NCBI RefSeq assembly: GCF_963921235.1
Contig: NC_086108.1
Span: 62,126,001-62,186,000, forward strand
Reading direction: 5' to 3'
DNA: 60,000 nucleotides
From: Mobula hypostoma
Taxonomy: Eukaryota
Positions 51,130 through 60,000 of this stretch are shown here, piece after piece. Both the position numbers and the translations under genes were made by a program. The first letter of the stretch is position 1, and every line of letters starts with the position of its first letter. Below the pieces are notes generated by a model. The model was not told where the DNA came from and made no database searches. It saw only the letters and a list, made by a program, of their open reading frames with translations.

Positions 51130-54095
51130 TGCAATACCACAGGGACATTAGGGACTGCTGTGTACTTTACTTCACAGAAACATAGCTAATCTCTGCCATT
51201 TCAGACACAGCGTGGCTTCACCATTCTCCTCAAAGACAGGACAGCTCAGTCTTTTAAAGACAGAGGAGGTGGTGTATGCATTAGGATTAACTCATCAGAG
51301 TGCACGGACGTGGCGGTTCAGTCTCCATGCTGCTCACCTGACCTGAAATATTGAGTAGTCAAATGTCATCCATCTTGTCTGTCAAGAGAGATTTCCAACA
51401 TCACCCTGGGTAGCATATACATTCCATCCAAGGCCAACGCGAGGCAGGCACGGGAAAAGCTGAGCTCTATTATAAGCAGTCACGGAACAGTGCTCCTGAT
51501 GCCTTCCCTATCTTTATGGGGATTTCAATCAGGCCAACTTGAAGAAGTCTCTAAACAATTACCACCAACATATCATCTGTGGAACCAGAAGAACCAACAT
51601 ATTTGACCACTGTTACACCCGCCATTAAAAACGTTTACTGTGCCATCCCACACCCACACTTTGGAAAGTCTGATCACCTGACTGTACTTGTACTCCTGGC
51701 ATATAGGAAGAGGCTAAAGACCACAGCACCAGTGGCAAGGACTAAGAAGGTATAGTTAAAGAAGGCAGAGGAGTGCTTACGGGACTGCTTTGAGTCAGTG
51801 GACTGGACAATGTTCAGGGATTCATCTTTGAATATGAAGGAATACATCACAGTTGTCACCAACTTCATCAAAATCTACGTGGATGAGTGTGTACCTTTGA
51901 AAACATACTGGTCATACCCATAGTTTGCTGATGGCTTGATCTGTGGTATTCAAGACCAGTGATCCAGAACTATACCATAACTGCAGGTATGACCTACAGA
52001 AGGCTATTTTATGAATGAGAAAACAATTCCTATTGAAGTTAGAGACGGAATTGGATGCACATCAGCTCTGGCAGGATGTGCAGGTCAGCACTTCCTACAA
52101 AACAAAACCTCACATCACAAATGGCTGTGATGCTTCATTCCCAGATGAACTCAAGGCCTTTCAAGCACATTTTGAAAGGGAGAATAAAACTACAACTGTG
52201 CATATCCCTGCAGCATCTGATAACCCAGTGATCTCTATCTCGGAAGCTGACTTCAGAACATATTTCAACAATGAGAACCTGCACAAGGTTTCAGGCCCTG
52301 ATGGTGTACCTGGTAGAGCACTGAAAACCTGTGCCACCCAACCACTGGGAGTGTTCAAAGATATCTTCAAATTCTCACTGCTGCAGTCAGAGCTTCCCAC
52401 CTGCCTAAAAAGGACGACAATCATACCAGCGTTAAGAAGAGCAGGGTGAGCTGCCTCAAAGACTACCATCCAGTTACACTCACATCTAATGTGACAATTG
52501 TGCTTAGAGAGATTGGTCATGGCCAGAATCAACATCCAAACCAGAATCATGGCTTAAACAAGGATCGGACCCTCTGCAATTTCACTAAAAGTCTACAGTG
52601 GATGCAACCTCACTGGCTCTCCACTACAGCTCAGCATTCAACACAATCATACCCTCAGTTCTAATCAACAAGCTCCAAAACCTGGGCCTCTGCACCCCCC
52701 TTTGCAAATGGATCCTTGTCTTCCTTTCTGGGAGAACAAAATGATATCTCCTCCTTGCTTACAATCAACACTGGCACACCTCAAGGATGAATGCTTAGCC
52801 TAAGCTCTACTCTCTCTACGCCCATGACTGTGTGGCTAGGCACAGCTCAAACACCTTCTATAAATTTGCCAATGACACAGCTATTGTTGGCAGAATTTCA
52901 GATGGTGACAGGGAGGCAGACAGGAGCAAGAGAGATCAGTTGTTTGAGTGATGTTGCAACAACAACCTTGCACTCAACAGAGGTAAGACCAAGGAACTGA
53001 TTGTGAGCTTCAGGAAGGGGAAGTTGAAAGAGTCTACAGCAGCGAAAAGGGTGAGCAGTTTCAAGTTTCTGGGTGTCAACATCTCTGTAGATCTATCCTG
53101 GGCCCAACATATTGATGCTATTACAAAAGAAAGCACAACAGTGACTATATTTCATTAGGAGGTTGAGGACACTGGGTATGTCATCAAAGACACTCGCAAT
53201 TTTCTATAGGTGTACTGTGGAGAGCATTCTAATCAGTTGCATTACCGTCTGGTATAGAGGGCCACTGCACAGTACCCAGGACATCTTTAGGGAGCGGTGA
53301 GTCAGAAAGGCAGCGTCCATTATTAAGGACCTTCCGCACCCAGGGCATGTCTTTTTCTCACTATTACCATCGGGTAGGAGGTACAGAAGCCTGAAGGCAC
53401 ACACTCAGCATTTCAGGAACAGCTTCTTCCCCTCTGCCATCCGATTCCTAAATGGACATTGAAGCTTTGGACACTACCTCACTTTTTTAAAAAATATACA
53501 GTACTTCTGTTTCTGCACATTTTAAAAAAAATTGATTCAATATCCATAATTGATTTACTTGTTTATTTATTGTTTTATTTTATTTATTATTATTATTTTC
53601 ACTCTCTGCTAGATTATGTATTGCATTGAACTGCTGCTGCTCTGTTAACAAATTTCACATCACATGCCAGTGATAATAAACCTGATTCTGATTGGAAAAA
53701 GCTGCAGGAAGTTGTAAGCTCAATCAGCTTCATCAGGGGCTGTAGACTCTTCAGCATACAGTGCACCTTCAAAAGGAAATGCCTCAAAAAGGCAGCATCC
53801 ATCATTAAGGACCTCCATCATCCAGCACATGCCCTATTCTCATTACTACCGTCACGGAGGAGCCTGAAGACACACACTCAACATTTCAGTAACAACTTCT
53901 TCCCTTCCACCATCAGATTTCTGAATGCACAATAAACCCATGAACACCACCTCAATATTTCTTTTGCTCTTTTTGCATTACTTATTTTATATATATTTAT
54001 TGTCATTTATAGTTTTTTATTATGTATTGCAATATACTGCTACCACAAGACAACAAATTTCATAAGATATGCCAATGGTATTAGATTCAGATTCT
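51130..54095 (+). mobile_element. Rex1/Babar-type LINE (APE + RT), decayed, with a nested same-family 3' end
   Basis: GGGVC, GDFN and SDH endonuclease remnants; GPDGVPGRALKTCA, DYHPVTLTS and YKFAND; agattcagatt tail. Confidence 0.85.
53273..53690 (+). mobile_element. Nested Rex1-type 3' fragment
   Basis: Has its own aataaacctgattctgat tail; the host resumes at gattggaaaaagctgcag and repeats the homologous 3' region. Confidence 0.75.
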
Positions 54096-54109
54096 TTTCC
54101 CTGTATCTC

Positions 54110-54222
54110 AATAACCAATTTCACTTCCAGTTCTGACAAAGGATCTTCATTCTGAAACGCAAGCTGTTTCTCTTTGCATTGATGCAGGTTGACTGCTAAG
54201 TATTTCTAGCGTTTTCTGATTT
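54110..54222 (+). mobile_element. Decayed PLE tail with a degenerate hammerhead
   Basis: cagttCTGACAAaggatcttcattctGAAAcgcaagctg...gatgcaggttgactgctaagtatttc. Confidence 0.5.
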
Positions 54223-54707
54223 TATTTTTTTCCTTTATAAGTGCCTTGATATCACCTGCCTTACTATAGATTCCAGAGTTTCCGTACTCCCATTGTAAAG
54301 CTGACGAATTGATGGTTTTGTTTTCTTACTCTGTTGTTTCTTAAACAGTGAGGTCATATTTGCTACTTCCAATCTGCAAGTATTATTTTAGAATCTACAA
54401 TTGTAAAAAGATGAAACCAGAACATTCAATGTCTTTATAGCTTCTCCTTCATAACTCTGCAATGCAGATCATCAGGTCTGTGGAACATACCAGTTTTCAG
54501 GCTCATTAACGTAATAATTTTATAATTATTAATAATGATGTCTTTTATTTCCTCATCTGCACTGAATCTTTAGTTCTCCAGTAGTTCTGGGACGTTTTCT
54601 ATAGATTCTTCCTTGAACAATAAACAGAACATTTGTTTAATTCTTCTTTTCTTTATTCTTTCTTCTGTAAGAGACTCAGATTTGCCCCTAAATGATCTTT
54701 TTCATTT

Positions 54708-56160
54708 TAGTCAAGTCGTCACTTTTTATTGTCATTTCGACCATAACTGCTGTTACAGTACACAGTAAAAACAAGACAACGTTTTTCAGGACAATGGTGC
54801 TACATGAGACAATACAAAAACTACACTGAACTGTGTAAAAACAACACAAAAACTACACTAGACTACAGACCTACCCAGGACTGCATAAAATGCACAAAAC
54901 AGTGCAGGCATTACAATAAATAATAAACAAGACAATAGGCACAGTAGAGAGCAGTAGGTTGGTGTCAGTCCAGGCTCTGGGTATTGAGGAGTCTGATGGC
55001 TTGGGGGAAGAAATTGTTACAGAGTCTGGTCGTGAGAGCCCGAATGCTTCGGTGCCTTTTGCCAGATGGCAGGAGGGAGAAGAGTTTGTATGAGGGGTGC
55101 GTGGGGTCCTTCATAATGCTATTTGCTTTGCGGATGCAGCGTGTGCTGTAAATGTCTGTAATGGCGGGAAGAGAGACCCTGATGATCTTCTCAGCTGACC
55201 TCACTATCCGCTGCAGGGTCTTGAGATCCGAGATGGTGCAATTTCTGAACCAGGCAGTGATGCAGCTGCTCAGGATGCTCTCAGTACAACCTCTGTAGAA
55301 TGTGGTGAGGATGGGGGGTGGGAGATGGACTTTTCTCAGCCTTCGCAGAAAGTAGAGACGCTGCTGGGCTTTCTTTGCTATGGAGCTGGTGTTGAGGGAC
55401 CAGGTGAGATTCTCCGCCAGGTGATCACCAAGAAATTTTAGATTATGAGAACACTCAGTCCTGTTTCATTGTCATTTAGAAATGCATACATGCATTAAGA
55501 AATGATACAATGTTTCTCCAGAGTGATATCACAGAAAACAGGACAAACCAGAGGCTAACACTGACAGAACGACATAATTATAACATATAGTTACAGCAGT
55601 GCAAAGCAATACCATAATTTGAAGAACAAACCATGGGCACGGTAAAAAAAGTCTCAAAGTCCCGAGTGGATCGACTCATGAGTCCCTGATAGCAGGCGGC
55701 AAAAGGGAGAAACTCCCTGCCATAAACCTCCAGGCACCATCAACTTGCTGATGCCTTGGAAGCAGCCGACCACAGCCGACACCAAGTCCTCTGGTGCTCT
55801 TAACGATCTCTATGGAGGAGCCGTCAATGTTCAGCGGAGAGTGGTCGCTCCGTGCTCTCCTGAAGTCAACAACCATTCTTTTGTTTTGTTCATATTCAGA
55901 GACAGGTTGTTGGCTCTGCACCAGTCCGTTAGCCGCTGCAGCTCCTCGCAGTATGCTGACTCATCGTTCTTGCTGATGAGACCCACCACGGTAGTGTCAT
56001 CGATGAACTTGATGATGTGGTTCGAGCTGTGTGTTGCAGCACAGTCATGGGTCAGCAGAGTGGACAGCAGTGGACTGAGCACACAGCCCTGGGGGGCCCC
56101 CATGATCAGCGTGATGGTGTTGGAGATACTGCTTCCGATCCGGACTTACTGAGGTCTCCC
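54708..56160 (-). mobile_element. Rex1/Babar-type LINE RT C-terminal fragment, interrupted at ~55438-55792
   Basis: GAPQGCVLSPLLSTLLTHDC, IIKFIDDTTVVGLI and NFFPQAIRLLN. Confidence 0.88.
55438..55792 (-). mobile_element. Short retroelement 3' fragment nested in the Rex1-type LINE
   Basis: Splits the host sequence caccaagaaatt|tggtgctcttaacgatct and has its own AT-rich tail. Confidence 0.6.
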
Positions 56161-56169
56161 AGAGATTCT

Positions 56170-56642
56170 GAGTAACACGCAACACACACAAAATACTGGA
56201 GGAACTCAACAAGTCAGGCAATATCTATGGAAACCACATTTCAGGCCTCCATCAAGACTGGAAAAAAAGGTGGCAGAAGCCAAAAGAAGAAGGTGAAGAG
56301 AGAGGGAGGAGTACAAACTGGCAGTTGATAGCAGGTAAAGTACTAAAGAAAGAATTTGATTGGAGAGAATAGTGAACCATAGAAGAAAGGAATGGAGAGG
56401 CACCAGAGGGAGCTGATGGTCAGGTGAGGAGAAGAAAAGGGGCGAGAGGGGAACCAGAATGGGAAATGGACAAAAAGAGAGAAAGGGAGGTATAGAAATT
56501 ACTAGTTCCCAGTAGTTAGAGAAATTGGTGTTCATGCCATCAGGTCGGAGACTACCCAGACAGAATATGGGGTTGCTCCTCCAACCTGAATACAACCTCC
56601 GTGGCAGTACCAGAGGCCATGCCAGAATGGGAATGGGAAGTC
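56170..56642 (-). mobile_element. Decayed PLE 3' fragment (end of GIY-YIG plus tail)
   Basis: ORF 56206..56595 has LGSLRPDGMNTNFSN; tail aacacacacaaaatactggaggaactcaacaagtcaggca; hammerhead degenerate. Confidence 0.8.
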
Positions 56643-56821
56643 CTCATACTGTCAATTCTTCTGTAATTCTCTCCATCAGCAATGCCTCCTCTTATAAATG
56701 AACAATAGCCTTGTGGATAAAGTAACTGAAGGCTATTGCTCCACTAGGATAATATCCCAACACATTCTCTTCCTTTACAGAGAACTGTCAAAAATTAATT
56801 TTAATCTTTGTCCAAACTCAC

Positions 56822-56920
56822 CTTGCTCTTAAAATACTGTCTGGCATAACTTTTCACCTGCAGTACTGTCCGTGATTCGATCAGCTTTGCAATTTTTGTC
56901 CATCGTCGACCAAATTGGGC
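56822..56920 (-). CDS. MYSM1: MYSM1 internal exon, SANT/Myb domain C-terminal half
   Basis: tttcag|...|gtgag, 99 nt, phase 0/0; translates [33 protein letters not shown], recognisable as the MYSM1 SANT domain. Confidence 0.95.
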
Positions 56921-58954
56921 CTGAAATTAAAACAAATTAAATCTATAGCTCAAACTTCATTTACCAGTAAAAACACATCCATTAAAGTAATGCAAGGCAA
57001 AGGTTAGGTGCTACAACATCATTTTCAATGAAAAATAACAGGAAAGTACATTATCCTTTTATTCTGCACTACCACCATATGTATGCAGAACTAATAGACA
57101 AAGCTTTTATACTATGTCATCTGAAAATTAATATGACAGTATACTGGGTATGCTGAATGGAGAACCCATTGGAAGTCAATCCTCCTGTACAAAGATGCTG
57201 CTGATTTGACATGACTAGTGCAACTTGACAACCTAATTTAGTGCCAGTCATGTCAAATTATATGAAAGGCAGCCTCTTGGGAAATGGAGGAAAAAAATAC
57301 ACAAAACACAGCTGTCAAAGGACTTGAGTGATATGTCTTTACCATATTGTTCTAATAGGTTAGACCATGCTCTTGATGATGGATCTGTTCTGGACAGTCT
57401 TAAAAATTTCTGACTGCTGAAAGTCCATGCCCTGCCTGAACAGGTTGGGCCCCATTTAATGTGGGATGATCTTCACCTTCAGCTTTAGCAAGCCACCAAT
57501 ATGCAATGCATAGCTTTCCTGAAGCTTGTAATCCAGCTGGATAATGGCAGATGAAAACACTTCAAATTATATTAAGGAAGTCTGCTCTCATTGAGCAAAA
57601 CATATCTCAATTAACAAAGTGGGTAATGTAGGAACAACAGTACAGGTCTAGTGTAAATAGATTTTTGATGAGGAATTTGCTTTTTTCCTTCATGAGTTAT
57701 TAAAGAAGTTAATTGCCACTGTTACAATGCCACATTGCTAACTAGATATGGTTATTTTAAATATGAAATGGAGTCATCAAATAGAGAAAGACCAAAATTA
57801 CACTCTACCTTTAATTCATTAATAATAAGACTCTTTTAATATTCTCATGCAAACACTATTAAGCAAGCACTTCAAATTATGTCAAACTAAACATCCTAAC
57901 AACCAAAAGACTTACTCAAATTATTAATACAATATTCATTATCAACAAGATGATAGCTTCCTTTACAGATTCCAAAATAACATCAGGAGATAACCTTTCC
58001 CAGAATTATCATTGCTTCTTGAGATTATTTCCATTAACTATGTTTTAGATTAATATTTTGGGCATAATCCCTTTGCTTTAATATTTGTATGATAAAAGCC
58101 ACAATCAATCACAAATTTCATTAAAAGTTACTTGTTAATAGAATAAAATACAGATTGGAAACTCCAGTTGATTTAGGAACTTTAAATGAAAGTGACAAAG
58201 TGAACATCACAGTAATATAGAGTATGCTGGTGATCCAGTATAATGTGCAGTCATGCCATTATATTTATGAAATTACAATAGAGGACATTAGCTTGATATT
58301 TTGGATGGAAACACACAAGCTGACAATTAAAATGTGTTCTGACAGTTTTGAAATGGATGCGGTTGTGCCGAAATAGACTGAGGCAACAGTGTGAATGCCT
58401 CAGGCAGTTATGACGATATGCCCATAAGATTTACATCAAAATATCTATCTAGTCTAAATTACAAAATTGAAAAAATAATTAAAATTATACGCAAACTTAT
58501 ATGTCGCTGCTATGAGGTTATAAAGCAAGAAGCGATGCAAGAATAGAACACAAAAAGTAATAACTTGCCCTATTATAATGTCACTAAGAGATAAGTGAAA
58601 GAGGCAATAAAGGTATCTTTAATTTAAGAAATTAATGTTCACCTTGCTTTTAATTAACCCTGCAGTATTCAGCCAAGGTCATGGCAGAGCAGGATAGAAA
58701 TCCAAAGACATTGTGGAGAACTGCAAGTAGGGGCTTAGATCAATTAAAATATAGGGTTCAAAAGCTACGTGAGCAACAAAGCAACCGTGGTCGCTGCTGA
58801 CTTCGTTCATCTCTGCATAGATCTAGCAGATCTAATGGTGAAAATAATTTCCCCTTTTTCAATACATGAAGCTGTCAGCAATTGTTATTTTCAAAGCATT
58901 ATGGGCATCCAACAGCTGTGATATCATCAAGCTAGCTGAGCAGCCAATTGTAAT

Positions 58955-59200
58955 AACTTATTGGGGATGTCAGAGGTAGATTTATTGACACAGAGGGTGG
59001 TGGGTGTGTGGAACACTCTGTCAGGGATGGTGGTAGAGGCAGGTGCATTAGGCACATTTAAGAAACTTTTAGTTAGGCACATAGATGATAGAAAACTGGA
59101 GGTTATGTAGTGAAAAAGGTCAAGATTGATCTTAGAGTTGGTTAACAGCACAATATTGTGGGCCAAAGCACCTGTACTGTGCTGTAATGATCCATGAACT
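58955..59200 (+). mobile_element. CR1 3' end fragment
   Basis: cacagagggtggtgggtgtgtggaacact...gggccaaagcacctgtactgtgctgt. Confidence 0.8.
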
Positions 59201-59849
59201 TCTCATAACAGAGAGCAATTTCCAATTAATTTTAAGCATCAAAGTTCCCAATTACATAACTTATTTAAAGCATCAATTTTAACAAATTTTACAATACTTT
59301 AAAATACTGTATTTTGAATTTTTCAAGATGTAGAAAACTTTCTAAGCAACAATTCAACTTGGAATACCCATAATAAAATTACAAAACTTTCATATAACTC
59401 AGTTTAATATATTTAGGGATTTTGATTGCAGGGCCAGCTCTAAATACATGAAATTTGCTTGTTTAAACAATTGCCCTGAATTGGGCTGCAGAAAATTCCA
59501 CGACGACATGTGAATTTCCAGGCAGGAAATTTAGGATCCACAGAAGTCCTGAAGTTACCATCAGTTTCACCAAGTAATAATGACGAAATTGAAACGTCTA
59601 TGCCCTTCTAACTGGATAAATGTTCATACTACTGCAAATTCATGTCTTGACACAGAAATTGACCATTCAGCCCACTTAGTACCTGCCTGCCACCATGGAA
59701 ACCATCCCAATCCCCCTCGCCTTATTTTACTGTGCTCCTGCAAATTACTTGCTCTTACGTATATCCAACAACTCCACTTTAATTTGTTATGCCATTAATC
59801 TATTCAAGAAGTGAATTACAGCAGCAAACTAATTTAGTGCATGTATTCT

Positions 59850-60000
59850 GGTTTCAAGAATCAAGATTGTTTAATGTCATTTCCAGTACACAAGTGTAAA
59901 GGAGAACAAAGTAATTGTTACTCTGGATCCAGTGAGCACTTTAAAACATTAGTAAGGTAAAGAACATAATAAGCACAAATACATAAGACATTTTATATAT
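59850..60000 (-). mobile_element. LINE/SINE 3' tail, truncated by the window edge
   Basis: ttcaagaatcaagattgtttaatgtcatt tail resembles the other Rex1-type tails. Confidence 0.45.

Noticed and set aside
56921..60000. Upstream MYSM1 exons or promoter
   Set aside because: No CpG island and no SANT N-terminal exon recognised; the region looks intronic

Overview
Vertebrate genomic DNA, most likely from a cartilaginous fish (inferred from the repeat families). The only host gene is MYSM1, a histone H2A deubiquitinase (SANT-SWIRM-MPN+/JAMM). It lies on the minus strand as 12 internal coding exons from 56920 down to 20309, with consistent splice phases. The 5' exons and the last exons were not found in the window. 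The introns are full of retroelements: CR1 LINEs (one near full length, with esterase ORF1 and APE/RT ORF2), Rex1/Babar LINE fragments, an RTE-derived non-autonomous element, a Tc1-type MITE, and several Penelope-like elements (PLEs). The most striking structure is a single TSD-flanked PLE insertion at 932-4476. It has RT plus GIY-YIG, a ~720 bp inverted copy of its own 3' end, a minimal hammerhead ribozyme in each arm, and the same TGA at a conserved Cys in both arms. More hammerhead-bearing PLE tails lie inside MYSM1 introns. The well-preserved copies in sense orientation to the pre-mRNA have a mutated ACGT dimer palindrome, while the antisense copy is intact. All calls were made by eye, so boundaries of decayed repeats are approximate.
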